64,000 bases of DNA from Opitutia bacterium UBA6410 (GCA_002437405.1 DJPO01000006.1:6207-70206); one strand, 5' to 3'. Positions 1 through 9,030 are shown, counted from the stretch's first letter. Numbers and translations: made by a program. The notes: generated from the sequence alone by a model not told the origin.

Positions 1-179
1 TTGCGCCGTTTATGACCCACGAGGGCAGCCGAATGGGCAGGGCGGTGGAGGACATAAAAAGCATTTGTCCGAAATCGAAGGTGCTCGAGTCGCTCGCAGT
101 GCGCGGCGGGTCGGTCGGCGGCTCGGAGAAGACGGTCGCCGCGTGGGTCGGGAAGATTTCCTCCGATTCCTCCAAATAG
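1..179 (+). CDS. C-terminal fragment of a flavodoxin-like protein (start outside window)
   Basis: My translation of the frame ending at TAG 177-179 is ...PFMTHEGSRMGRAVEDIKSICPKSKVLESLAVRGGSVGGSEKTVAAWVGKISSDSSK. The THEGS...ICP..VL..LA.RG pattern resembles flavodoxin-family C-termini. A hairpin terminator follows. The fragment is too short for the ORF track. Confidence 0.35.
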   Translation, partial: APFMTHEGSRMGRAVEDIKSICPKSKVLESLAVRGGSVGGSEKTVAAWVGKISSDSSK

Positions 180-213
180 CCGCAAAGTTGCCGACAAAAT
201 TTCCGCAAAAACC

Positions 214-250
214 AAAGCCCGAAAATTTTTTATCTTCGGGCTTTTTTTCT
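214..250 (+). terminator. Rho-independent terminator
   Basis: Stem AAGCCCGAA (215-223) pairs with TTCGGGCTT (235-243) and runs into a T-tract (242-249). Confidence 0.6.
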
Positions 251-352
251 TTTTGCAGCGCGGTAAGTCGGGGCGGCGTGCGTACGTTCTCCGCGCCGAT
301 TCGCCGCCGCAAACTTCCGCCGAACCGCGCGCGATTTCCCGCGCCCCAATGC

Positions 353-380
353 TTGACTAATGGGACGCATTTGTTATCTT
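353..380 (+). promoter_or_regulatory. Candidate sigma70-type promoter of pyrB
   Basis: TTGACT (353-358), 16-nt spacer, TATCTT (375-380). It lies only 10 nt before ATG 391 and there is no Shine-Dalgarno, implying a near-leaderless mRNA. Confidence 0.3.
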
Positions 381-390
381 GTTCTTTCAA

Positions 391-1365
391 ATGGGAAATT
401 CAGCTACACAATTCGCGCAAGACGCTTCGTGGTTTCGCAAAGATTTGACCTGTACTCAAGACCTCTCTTTGGCGGAAATCGAACAAGTTTTCAAACTCGC
501 CGACATATTCAAGGCGGAATTAAAAAAGGACAGAACAAAGCTTCCCTATTTGAAGGGGAAATCGGTCGTCAACCTTTTCTTCGAACCGAGCACCCGTACC
601 CGCACCGCCTTTGAAATGGCGGCTCACAAGCTCGGGGCGGACGTGATAAGCTTTTCCTCGAGCATTTCCTCGTCGGTGAAGGGCGAGACCCTCAAGGATA
701 CCGCAAAAAACATCGAGGCGTTGATGGCTGATATGATTATCGTCCGCCACAGCTGCTCGGGCGCGGCTAAGTACCTTGCCGACAGGGTCGGTGTTCCCGT
801 AATCAACGCGGGCGACGGCGCGCACGCGCACCCGACTCAGGCTCTTCTGGACGCCTTCACGATGCGCGAGAAGCTCGGCTCCGACTTCAAGGGGCGCAAG
901 ATTACGATTCTCGGGGACATACTTTTCAGCCGCGTCGCGCGCTCGAACATCTATCTTCTCGGGAAGCTCGGCGCGTCGGTGACGCTCGCGGGGCCCGCGA
1001 CGCTCGTTCCGCAGGAATTCGAAAAAATGGGCGTGAAGGTCTCCTACGATTTGCCTTCGGCGGTTTCCGACGCGGACGTTGTGATGCTTTTGCGCATACA
1101 GCACGAACGCCAAAGCTCGGCGCACTTCCCGTCGATTTCCGAGTACGCGAACATCTTCGGACTCAACAAAAACCGCGCGGGGCTGCTCAAGCCCGACGCA
1201 ATTATAATGCACCCCGGCCCGATAAACAGGGGCGTCGAGCTGGACTCGTTCCTCGCCGATTCGGGCAGGTCGGTGATTCTCGACCAAGTGACCAACGGGG
1301 TTGCGGTCAGAATGGCGGTTATGAAACTTTGTATGGACGCAATGCGCGGGAGAAATTCAAAATGA
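391..1365 (+). CDS. pyrB: Aspartate carbamoyltransferase catalytic subunit
   Basis: Motifs FFEPSTRTRTAFEMAAHKLGADV, HPTQALLD and MHPGPINRG. The ORF opens at TTG 379; the first ATG is 391. Confidence 0.95.
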   Translation: MGNSATQFAQDASWFRKDLTCTQDLSLAEIEQVFKLADIFKAELKKDRTKLPYLKGKSVVNLFFEPSTRTRTAFEMAAHKLGADVISFSSSISSSVKGETLKDTAKNIEALMADMIIVRHSCSGAAKYLADRVGVPVINAGDGAHAHPTQALLDAFTMREKLGSDFKGRKITILGDILFSRVARSNIYLLGKLGASVTLAGPATLVPQEFEKMGVKVSYDLPSAVSDADVVMLLRIQHERQSSAHFPSISEYANIFGLNKNRAGLLKPDAIIMHPGPINRGVELDSFLADSGRSVILDQVTNGVAVRMAVMKLCMDAMRGRNSK

Positions 1366-2618
1366 ACGGTTTTATCGTAAAAAATGCCAGAGTCGTAGAC
1401 CCTTCGCAGAATATCGACGAAGTGCGCGACATTTTCGTATCGGACGGAGTTTTCGCCGATTCCGCGCCCAAAAACGCCGAGGTAATCGACGCGTCTTCGC
1501 TCGCGCTCGTTCCCGGGTTTGTGGATTTGCACGCGCATTTGCGCGAGCCTGGGCAGACTTCCAAGGAGACTGTCGCGACGGCTACGGCGGCTGCGGCGGC
1601 GGGCGGATTTACGTCGATTGTGGCTATGCCCAATACGTCGCCCGCGGCGGACTCCGCCTCGACAATACGCCTGATTAACGACATCGTGGCGGAATCGGCA
1701 AACGTGCGCGTCTACCAGACGGGCTGCATAACCGAGGGCAGGCGCGGCGAAAAGCTCGCGCCGATAGGCTCGCTCGCAAAGCTCGGGGTTCGGGCGATTT
1801 CCGACGACGGCTCGTGCGTGCAGAGCGCGGAGCTTATGCGCAACGCGATGGTTTACGCAAAAATGTTCGGGCTGTTCGTGATGGACCACTGCCAAGAGGC
1901 GACCCTCACAAAGTCGGGGCAAATGCACGAGGGCGAGTGGTCGGTGAAGCTCGGGCTGGGCGGCTGGCCGTCGGCTGCCGAGGACATCATCGTATCGCGC
2001 GACGTAATTTTGGCGCACTACGCAAAGTGCCATATCCATTTGCAGCATATCTCCAGCGCGCTTTCCGTCGACATTATCCGCACGGCGAAACGCCGCGGCA
2101 CGAGCGTCTCGGCGGAGGCTACGCCCCACCACCTGTCGCTCACCGACGAATGCCTGCGCGACTACGACACCAACTTCAAAATGTGCCCGCCGCTGCGCTC
2201 GCGCGAAGACGTCGACGCGCTGATTGAGGGCGTCGTCGACGGCACAATCGAGGTCATCGCGACCGACCACGCCCCGCATACCGACACCGAAAAGGATATG
2301 GCGTTCGACTCCGCGCCGTTCGGCATCACTGGCTTTGAAACCGCCTTTGCCGTCTGTCACGAAGTCCTCGTGCGCTCGGGCAGGATTCCGCTTTCGCGCC
2401 TCGTAAAACTTATGTCCACGCGCCCTGCGGAAATTTTGGGCGTCGACGCGGGCACGTTGCGGACGGGCTCGCCCGCCGACTTCGCGCTTCTCGACGAAAA
2501 CGCGCAGTGGGTTTATTCGCAAACCAAATCCCGCTCGGCAAATTCCCCGTGGTTCGGCAAGACTCTGCGCGGGCGCGTCGTCGGGACGTTTGTCGGCGGC
2601 AAACGCGTATTCGGATAA
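1362..2618 (+). CDS. pyrC: Dihydroorotase
   Basis: Motifs GFVDLHAHLREPG and ATDHAPH. ATG 1362 (MNGFIVKNARVVDP) overlaps the pyrB stop as ATGA. The ORF track begins at 1329. Confidence 0.92.
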   Translation: MNGFIVKNARVVDPSQNIDEVRDIFVSDGVFADSAPKNAEVIDASSLALVPGFVDLHAHLREPGQTSKETVATATAAAAAGGFTSIVAMPNTSPAADSASTIRLINDIVAESANVRVYQTGCITEGRRGEKLAPIGSLAKLGVRAISDDGSCVQSAELMRNAMVYAKMFGLFVMDHCQEATLTKSGQMHEGEWSVKLGLGGWPSAAEDIIVSRDVILAHYAKCHIHLQHISSALSVDIIRTAKRRGTSVSAEATPHHLSLTDECLRDYDTNFKMCPPLRSREDVDALIEGVVDGTIEVIATDHAPHTDTEKDMAFDSAPFGITGFETAFAVCHEVLVRSGRIPLSRLVKLMSTRPAEILGVDAGTLRTGSPADFALLDENAQWVYSQTKSRSANSPWFGKTLRGRVVGTFVGGKRVFG

Positions 2619-3442
2619 TGGAGCTTTCGAAAATTCTCGCGGGGCTTTTTGCGGTTGTCGGGGGCGTCTTTTCGCTCGCGGTTTTTGCGCGGGCTGGACG
2701 GCGCACGGCGGCGTTTATGCGCGCAAAGCCCGTGAAAATCTCCGCGTTTTCCGACTACATTTTGCTGGCATTTTTGGTTGTCGCGACGGCGTTCGTCTCG
2801 CTGTCGATTTCACGCCTGTTCTACGATTGGCTCGGCGCGGGAAATGCGCTTGCCACATTCGTTCCGACCTTTGCGATGCAGCTGCTCGCAATCTCGGCAG
2901 TGTGGCTGTTTTGCAGGTTTTCGGAGGCGAGGGCGGAACTCGGAATTGCGGGGTCGCGGGAATTTTTCAAAGGGGCGGTGAAAGAGGGCGGACGCTATTT
3001 TCTCTACGCAATCGCCGTCGTGTTCTCGGCTAATTTTGCGGTCTCGATGGCTGTCTATTCGCTCACGGGCGAATTTCCGCCCAAGCAGGAGGCGGTCGAG
3101 CTTTTCGGGTCGCTTGAAAATCCGTGGGCGGTTTCGCTCTCGGCGGTTTCGATTGCGGTTTTTGCGCCCGTCGCGGAGGAGCTGGTTTTCCGCGGGCTGC
3201 TCTACGGAATTTTCAAAGGGCTTTGGGCGAATTTCCGATTCGGGACGGTCGCGGCGGCGGCGGTGTCGGGCGTTTTGTTCGCGCTGATTCACAACGACGC
3301 CTACGTCTTTCTGCCGCTCGCGTTGATGGGAATGTGCCTGTGTTTTGCGTACGAGCGCAGCGGTTCGATTGTCTCGCCGATAATCGTGCACTCGCTTTTC
3401 AATTCGCTCAATTTGATTTTCATACTGTTTTTGCCGCGATGA
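2618..3442 (+). CDS. CPBP (CAAX) family intramembrane metalloprotease
   Basis: Multi-TM protein with EELVFRGLLY, FALIHN and HSLFNS motifs. ATG 2618 overlaps the pyrC stop (TAATG). Confidence 0.8.
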   Translation: MELSKILAGLFAVVGGVFSLAVFARAGRRTAAFMRAKPVKISAFSDYILLAFLVVATAFVSLSISRLFYDWLGAGNALATFVPTFAMQLLAISAVWLFCRFSEARAELGIAGSREFFKGAVKEGGRYFLYAIAVVFSANFAVSMAVYSLTGEFPPKQEAVELFGSLENPWAVSLSAVSIAVFAPVAEELVFRGLLYGIFKGLWANFRFGTVAAAAVSGVLFALIHNDAYVFLPLALMGMCLCFAYERSGSIVSPIIVHSLFNSLNLIFILFLPR

Positions 3443-4404
3443 ACCCGTTTTCGGAAAAAGACCCGATTGGCGCGCTCGGCGAAAAGCCGCTGATTTCCCG
3501 CATTTGCCGAATGCTCGGTTCCGCGATGCCGCAGCCGCCGTTCGGCGCGGGCGACGATTGCGCCGTGCTGCCGCGGGTCGGCGGAAAAATGCTCGCGACG
3601 GCGGACTCGGTTATCTACGGGCGGCACTTTGACGACTCCGCGCCCGCGGAGCTTGTCGGGCGCAAGCTGCTAAACCGCAACGTAAGCGACATCGCCTCGA
3701 TGGGCGGCGACCCGCTCTATGCGATTACAAGCGCGATTATGTCGCCGAACGTTTCGGCGGGCTGGCTCGACGGCTTTTGCAGGGGGCTGGCGGAGGCTGC
3801 TGGGGAATTCGGGATAAAAGTCGTAGGCGGCGACGTTGCGTCGGTCGGCGGGACTTTCTTTGCGATGAATTTGACCCTCTTCGGGTACGCTCCCGAAAAT
3901 CCGCTTTTGCGCTCGTCGGCGGAAGTCGACGACGTTGTGTATACGACTGGGCGTCTCGGCTTGTCGTTCGAGAGCGGGCGGCATCTGACTTTTATTCCGC
4001 GCTTGGAGCAGGGCAAATATCTTGCCTCTTTGGCGGGAGTCGGCGCGTGTACGGATTTGAGCGACGGCTTGGCGGCGGACATCGAAAACATTATCCCCGA
4101 AAACGCCTGCGCCGAAATCGCTCCCCAGTCCGTCCCGCGCGCTCGGTTTGACGGGCGAGTTGCCACGCTCGAACAGGCATTGTGCGGCGGTGAGGACTAC
4201 GAGCTGCTTTTCACTTTCCGCGGCGACTGTGCGGCTTTCGAGCGCGCGTGGCTGGAGCGTTTCGGCGAAAGCGTTTTCAGAATCGGGGAAATCCGCGCCG
4301 CGCGCTCCGACGCCGAGTGCGGGAAGTTGGTTGTCGTAGACCCGCAAAGCGGTGTTCGCGGAATTTTCGGCACGGGCGGCTTTGACCATTTTGCGCAGGC
4401 GTAG
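3439..4404 (+). CDS. thiL: Thiamine-monophosphate kinase
   Basis: AIR-synthase-like motifs GAGDDCAVL, NVSDIASMGG and CTDLSDGL. ATG 3439 overlaps the upstream stop (ATGA). The ORF track's N-terminal extension from 3124 is rejected. Confidence 0.85.
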   Translation: MNPFSEKDPIGALGEKPLISRICRMLGSAMPQPPFGAGDDCAVLPRVGGKMLATADSVIYGRHFDDSAPAELVGRKLLNRNVSDIASMGGDPLYAITSAIMSPNVSAGWLDGFCRGLAEAAGEFGIKVVGGDVASVGGTFFAMNLTLFGYAPENPLLRSSAEVDDVVYTTGRLGLSFESGRHLTFIPRLEQGKYLASLAGVGACTDLSDGLAADIENIIPENACAEIAPQSVPRARFDGRVATLEQALCGGEDYELLFTFRGDCAAFERAWLERFGESVFRIGEIRAARSDAECGKLVVVDPQSGVRGIFGTGGFDHFAQA

Positions 4405-4506
4405 GGATTTTTTTTTCAAAAAAACGTCCCGAAAAAAATCGGGGGAAAACGCCCGCAAGAATGTTTGCGTAATAGGCGTCCCGCAAAAAAATTTCACAAA
4501 AAAAAA

Positions 4507-4532
4507 CGGCTCGGAAAACCGAGCCGTTTTTT
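4507..4532 (+). terminator. Rho-independent terminator after thiL (probably bidirectional before prophage insertion)
   Basis: CGGCTCGG (4507-4514), AAAA loop, CCGAGCCG (4519-4526), then TTTTTT. An A-run precedes the stem. Confidence 0.75.
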
Positions 4533-4533
4533 G

Positions 4534-4698
4534 TGTTTTGAGTCAGAAGGTTTGAGGAAGTCTCCAAAAGTTGCCAAAGGTTGCCTAAAGCCGCTAAATA
4601 TGGGGTTTGTGGCAGAAAATTATCGCGCGGGGAGGTTTGAGGAAAGTTTTGGCGTTTTGGGCGGTTTTTCGCGTCAAAAATCAAGCGTTTGAGGAAAA
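4534..4698 (+). repeat. Prophage left end with three direct copies of the putative transposase-binding motif
   Basis: Terminal TGT at 4534. Motif copies are GGTTTGAGGAAG (4549-4560), GGTTTGAGGAAA (4634-4645) and CGTTTGAGGAAAA (4686-4698). Confidence 0.75.
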
Positions 4699-4726
4699 TT
4701 TCGGATTTTATCGCGCGGCGGAAAAT

Positions 4727-4761
4727 GAAAAGCCCTTGCAGGTTGTTTGCAAGGGCTTTTC
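4727..4761 (-). terminator. Stem-loop terminating the prophage early (minus-strand) operon
   Basis: GAAAAGCCCTTGCA (4727-4740) pairs with TGCAAGGGCTTTTC (4748-4761) around a 7-nt loop. It lies just downstream of the last early gene. Confidence 0.6.
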
Positions 4762-4786
4762 ATTTGGGTTGCAATCGGGTTGCAAG

Positions 4787-5155
4787 TTATCGTTTGCGGG
4801 CGGTGTGTTCGGTGTCGTCGGAGGGGTTGAATGGATAATCTGGATGGGTGGCGAATTCTATCATTGCCAGATTTGCAATATCGACAAGATGTTCTCGGTT
4901 ATGATCTCTATTATATAGAGAGAGGCGTTTGGCGATAGAGCCGACGTTGTCGTATTTTGCCTTGCCGATTTGGCTTGCGAGGCTGCCGTAGCGAAAGTAC
5001 CCCATAATCATCCGATTTTTGCGGTACTGTTCGAAGCTCGGGCAGGACTGGATTTTGGCGATTTCGTCGAGGCTCGGCGCGGGCGGGAGCGGCTCAAAGA
5101 TGCCCGCTTGGGCGAGCAGTCTTTCGCGCAGGAAGTCGTGGGTTGTCTTAGGCAT
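4787..5155 (-). CDS. Hypothetical phage protein, possibly all-alpha NTP-pyrophosphohydrolase-like
   Basis: Last gene of the early arm. The start MPKTTHDF at 5155 overlaps the methylase stop. The pattern RYGS...KYD...RL..Y....NREHLVDIANLAMIEF recalls MazG/DUF1599-like helper domains. This is a weak, by-eye assignment. Confidence 0.3.
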   Translation of the reverse strand: MPKTTHDFLRERLLAQAGIFEPLPPAPSLDEIAKIQSCPSFEQYRKNRMIMGYFRYGSLASQIGKAKYDNVGSIAKRLSLYNRDHNREHLVDIANLAMIEFATHPDYPFNPSDDTEHTARKR

Positions 5156-6416
5156 AACGGGCGAGCCTTTCGAGCACCCATTGGGCAACGTTGACGGTGA
5201 CGGCGTTTCCGCAGGCTTTGTAGCGCGGTCCGTCAGGGCAGGATTCGGCGGGTTTGCCCCGGTATGGAATGCGTGTCCAGTCGTCGGGGAAGCCCTGCAA
5301 ACGCTCGCACTCTCGGGGCGTGAGGCGGCGGACTCCGAAGCCGTTGGCTACTCCGTGGACGCCCACGGTATTGAGCGTGTACGAAACGCCCTGTTGCGCT
5401 CCCACGCCGTTGCCGCCGTTGTGGTCTTGGCGACCGATGATATTTTCTGCGATACAGACGGCGTCGGGATTGAGCACAAGCGGCAGGTTTCCGCCGCCCG
5501 TGCCGCAGTGCGATGTGAGTGTGGGCGAGTGCGTTTTTTGTTCGACGCGCCCGTCGTGCGCGTGATTTTCGAACAGAAGCGGCGTTTGTTTATTATAGCT
5601 GTGCGAGAGTGCGGCTGTGAGGGTTGGGACGTCGCTGCGGGCGGTCGGAGAACTTTCGCTTATAACGAGGGTGCTCCCGCCGCCTTTGGATTCTCCGCCG
5701 ACTCGCAATGTTGCGGCATTGCGCGAGCGATTGTAGACTCCAATGCCGTTGTTAGCAAAGGCGGTAACGTCTTGCCCCTGCGCTGTGCCCGCCGCAGAAT
5801 GCCCGCGCAGGCAGTCGGGCTCAAAAAGTATTTCTGGTCGGCAGAGGCATCCAAGACGGCCGACAAGGTAGATTCGACGGCGTCTTTGCGGGACTCCGAA
5901 AAACCGCGAATCGAGTATCCGATAAAAAACGCCGAAGTCGCCTTCGCCTCTCGCGCGGACACAGCCGACACCGCCGAATTTTTGCGGCTCGATTGTCCAA
6001 CCAGTAAATTCGGAGAGGATTCGGGCGAAGTCGCGCCCGCCGTTTGACGAGAGTACTCCGGGTACGTTTTCCCATACGATGTATTCCGCGCCGAGTTCGC
6101 GGGCGACACGCATTTGTTCGAGGAAGAGAGAACTTCTGTTTCCGTCGAAGCCGCGCTGTCTGCCTGCGACTGAGAAGTCTTGGCACGGTGAGCCGCCGAC
6201 AACGATATCGATTTTTTTGAGTCCTGTTTTTTCATAAAATGTCCTTTTGTTGATGGTGCGAATATCGTCGAAAATCGGGGTATTAAAAAAGCGGTGTGTG
6301 AGCACCGCCTTGGGGAATTGGTCGATTTCGCAATGGGCTACGACTTCGAAGCCCGCGCGTCGGGCGGCGAGCGAAAAACCGCCGATGCCCGAAAATAAGT
6401 CGAGTACGGTCTTCAT
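5148..6416 (-). CDS. DNA (cytosine-5)-methyltransferase, orphan
   Basis: C5-MTase motifs: DLFSGIGGF (I), GGSPCQDFSVAG (IV), ENVPG (VI), QRRRRIYLVG (VIII), GNAVTVNV (X). Confidence 0.93.
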   Translation of the reverse strand: MKTVLDLFSGIGGFSLAARRAGFEVVAHCEIDQFPKAVLTHRFFNTPIFDDIRTINKRTFYEKTGLKKIDIVVGGSPCQDFSVAGRQRGFDGNRSSLFLEQMRVARELGAEYIVWENVPGVLSSNGGRDFARILSEFTGWTIEPQKFGGVGCVRARGEGDFGVFYRILDSRFFGVPQRRRRIYLVGRLGCLCRPEILFEPDCLRGHSAAGTAQGQDVTAFANNGIGVYNRSRNAATLRVGGESKGGGSTLVISESSPTARSDVPTLTAALSHSYNKQTPLLFENHAHDGRVEQKTHSPTLTSHCGTGGGNLPLVLNPDAVCIAENIIGRQDHNGGNGVGAQQGVSYTLNTVGVHGVANGFGVRRLTPRECERLQGFPDDWTRIPYRGKPAESCPDGPRYKACGNAVTVNVAQWVLERLARYA

Positions 6417-6970
6417 CAGAATGGGTAGTTGTCGTCGTCGGGTTTGGCGGCTGGGGTGGTTGTGAATGTTTTGCCCGCCTTTTTGTAGGCGTGGAGTCGG
6501 GCTTTGCAGGTGTAGAAAAGCTGCATCATTTCGAACGCCAGCAGACCGTTGCGCCAGTCGCGCGTGTGGAATTTGCCGAACGAAATCGCCGCGACGTAGG
6601 CGGGTGGCATTTCGAGTTCGTCGATGAGATGGGCGATGCGGCGCGTTTCGCCGTCCATATACATTTCGATGACTTTTTCGGGGTAAACAACGAGCGAGGA
6701 CTGTTTGAGCAGTTCGCGCATCGCACCGAGCACTACGTCGTAGTCGCCGTGCTTAAACTCTTTGTGTGACTTGCTTTCGCCGCCGAAAATCTGTTCTGTG
6801 ATGTCTTTGCGCAGAGATTCGATTTCGTCGGATGTAAGCCCGAATTTGCGTTTGATTTCACCCCATAGTCCCCAGTAGTAGGATTCTTCGGGCGTCATCT
6901 TTCCGCCGCGCCGACAGTTTGCAGACGCTTTGCGGGCGCGTTGCGGAGTTTTTTCAAGAATTACGGTCAT
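6416..6970 (-). CDS. Hypothetical early protein, possibly GemA/gp16-like (DUF1018)
   Basis: 184 aa, coupled to its neighbours (1-nt and 3-nt spacing). It sits after gam. The assignment rests on two helical halves, each with an 'LG...S' style signature, judged only by eye. Confidence 0.3.
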   Translation of the reverse strand: MTVILEKTPQRARKASANCRRGGKMTPEESYYWGLWGEIKRKFGLTSDEIESLRKDITEQIFGGESKSHKEFKHGDYDVVLGAMRELLKQSSLVVYPEKVIEMYMDGETRRIAHLIDELEMPPAYVAAISFGKFHTRDWRNGLLAFEMMQLFYTCKARLHAYKKAGKTFTTTPAAKPDDDNYPF

Positions 6971-6973
6971 CGT

Positions 6974-7480
6974 TTATTCTCCGATGTCTTTGTCGGTTTT
7001 TGGTTCGACGTAGAAGCGTTCGACGACTTCCATTTCGAATAGATCTCCAATGTGCGCGTCGCCGTTTTTGAGGGCTTTTTTGATGCCGCTTTTGTCGAGA
7101 CTGTAAGTTGCCTTTGCGCAGTCGGAGCGGGCGGCGTCGAAGAGCTCGTAGGCGACGGCGGCGTCGGGTTTGCCCGTGATGTTGCGTACGACGGTCTGTC
7201 CCGTACGGAAGCCGTACATCGACAACGGAGACGAAGCCGATTTGTTTTTCCCCATCAATTCCGCCTTCCGTGCCGAAACAAATGGCGCAAGGGCGTTTTC
7301 GCGGGCTTCGCGTTCGGCGTCGAGTGCCTTGATTTGCGGGTTGTACTGTTCGTTGATTTTCAAAATCGCGGCGTCGCGGGCGACGGTGAGTTTGCGGATT
7401 TTGATTCTAATTTTTGCGATTTCGTCGGCTTCGGCTTCGATTTCCGCGCGGGTTTTGGGTTCTTTGTAGATGACTGACAT
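6974..7480 (-). CDS. gam: Host-nuclease inhibitor Gam (Mu Gam family)
   Basis: 168 aa. An N-terminal coiled coil is followed by YGFRTGQTVV...DKSGIKKAL...ERFYVEP, the same architecture and length as Mu Gam. Confidence 0.75.
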   Translation of the reverse strand: MSVIYKEPKTRAEIEAEADEIAKIRIKIRKLTVARDAAILKINEQYNPQIKALDAEREARENALAPFVSARKAELMGKNKSASSPLSMYGFRTGQTVVRNITGKPDAAVAYELFDAARSDCAKATYSLDKSGIKKALKNGDAHIGDLFEMEVVERFYVEPKTDKDIGE

Positions 7481-7499
7481 ATTTTATTTACCTTTCTGA

Positions 7500-7721
7500 T
7501 TAACTGTTTTTTGGGTTTGAGAAGTTGAATTGTGTCTGTTTGCCGCCAGTTGGGCGGGGTTTGCGGGGCGGTTTTAGCCCGCGTGCGAGTTGAATCTTGG
7601 CGGCGATTAGCAGGGCGATTTCCGTCGAACTCATTGCGAGCAGAAACTCGTTGCGCCCGACGCGCCCGAGCCTGTCGTTGCATATTGACATCGCTTTGGC
7701 GATCGCCTGTTGCGTGGTCAT
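7500..7721 (-). CDS. Hypothetical small early protein
   Basis: 73-aa ORF whose ATG overlaps the upstream stop (ATGA at 7718-7721). Confidence 0.45.
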   Translation of the reverse strand: MTTQQAIAKAMSICNDRLGRVGRNEFLLAMSSTEIALLIAAKIQLARGLKPPRKPRPTGGKQTQFNFSNPKNS

Positions 7722-7939
7722 TTTTTGCCCTCCTCGACGATGATAAAATTGTACTTTTCGGCGACATAGCGTGCCCGCGCGTAGCTGTCGTAATTACCCC
7801 AAGTTTGTGCACCGTTGAGCGTCCGAAATTTCCAGCCGCCGTCGTCCGACTCGAAAATACGGACAGAACACGGAGCGTCGGGATTGTTTTTGACGATCTT
7901 ATCGAGCACACCTGAAATTATTTGTTTTATGCGTAGCAT
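7718..7939 (-). CDS. Hypothetical small early protein
   Basis: 73-aa ORF that overlaps the MuB-like stop by 13 nt, in the same operon. Confidence 0.5.
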   Translation of the reverse strand: MLRIKQIISGVLDKIVKNNPDAPCSVRIFESDDGGWKFRTLNGAQTWGNYDSYARARYVAEKYNFIIVEEGKK

Positions 7940-9030
7940 TCGAGTGCCTTTCTCGTGTTGTCGATTGCCTTTAAAATGCCAGCATCTGTCGTGGGCAAAA
8001 CGTTGAAAAAGTCCTCTGTCGTGATTTCGCGCTTGGAGGCGATCGCAAGCCTCGCTGCGTTTTGCAGGGCGTTGAGTACCACCCGCAAACGTCCTTTTTG
8101 TGCGGCAAGTTTGCGCATTATCGGAAGCATAGCCTTACGCTGTGCGGCATCGCGAAAGCCCGTCGCCTTGGCGAACGCGATTAAATCGGAATCACTCGGG
8201 CGGTCGGGAAGAAACAGAATCGACTCTTCCCCACCCGCGCGACCGACAAGCTGTTCGAAGTAGCCCGCATCTTTGCCGAACGCCACGCGACGCAGGGAAC
8301 TTTCACCCGTAGCTTCATCAACGAAAATCAGCACAATCGAGCACTTTGTAGCGTCCTGTAATGCCTGCAAAAATCCGAAGAGCGGCTGGTTGAGTTTTTT
8401 CTTGGGATCATACATACGTTGCGCGTTATCGAAGATAAAGCAGTTGCGCGGCTTCACGTTTTTGATGATTTCGCGGCGGAGTCTCGCACCCGAAAAATCG
8501 GCGCGGCAACTCGGAATGACCTCTCCGATAATCATCGAAAGCTCGCAAATGCTCGGTACTGTCGGACTTTCGAGGTAATAGACGTCAGGATGCGTTAGAG
8601 CGTAGAAACGCGCGGCATAGGTTTTCTGTGCGCCCGTTGTGCCGCAGACCATCAGCCATTTGCAGACGTTTGTTTCGGGGCGGATTGCATCGATTGCGTC
8701 GCGGATTTCACGGACGGTCTCAGTCTCGACGTACGGAATCGCGCCACCGATTGTACCACCTTCTGCGATGCGTTTTGCATCGCCTGCGATTTCGGCGAGC
8801 TTCTCCATATCTACCTGAAATTTGCCGAGTTTTTTGTTGAAACGCCGCCCCGAAAAGAGCTGGTAGAACCAGTCTTTGGAGTAGCGGAACTTGCCGTCGA
8901 ACTGGGCGGCTATGCGCTGTTCGCTGCCGTCACAGTGTGTGTTGCAAAATTCCGCGAGGGTGAGCACGTGCGCCTGCGCCTCGGCGGGATAGTCTTTGAT
9001 TGCGTTTTTGATTTCGTCTATGTTTTTCAT
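7927..9030 (-). CDS. MuB/TniB-like AAA+ transposition ATPase (deviant P-loop)
   Basis: 367 aa, immediately downstream of the transposase. The Walker A-like motif is CGTTGAQKT, the Walker B-like motif is CFIFDNAQ, and a sensor-like segment is SIVLIFVDE. Confidence 0.7.
   Translation of the reverse strand: MKNIDEIKNAIKDYPAEAQAHVLTLAEFCNTHCDGSEQRIAAQFDGKFRYSKDWFYQLFSGRRFNKKLGKFQVDMEKLAEIAGDAKRIAEGGTIGGAIPYVETETVREIRDAIDAIRPETNVCKWLMVCGTTGAQKTYAARFYALTHPDVYYLESPTVPSICELSMIIGEVIPSCRADFSGARLRREIIKNVKPRNCFIFDNAQRMYDPKKKLNQPLFGFLQALQDATKCSIVLIFVDEATGESSLRRVAFGKDAGYFEQLVGRAGGEESILFLPDRPSDSDLIAFAKATGFRDAAQRKAMLPIMRKLAAQKGRLRVVLNALQNAARLAIASKREITTEDFFNVLPTTDAGILKAIDNTRKALECYA

Noticed and set aside
1044-2522. 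492-aa minus-strand ORF over pyrB/pyrC
   Set aside because: It is an antisense shadow of two unmistakable pyrimidine biosynthesis genes.
5019-6047. 342-aa plus-strand ORF over the C5-methyltransferase
   Set aside because: It is an antisense shadow. The minus strand carries all the canonical C5-MTase motifs.
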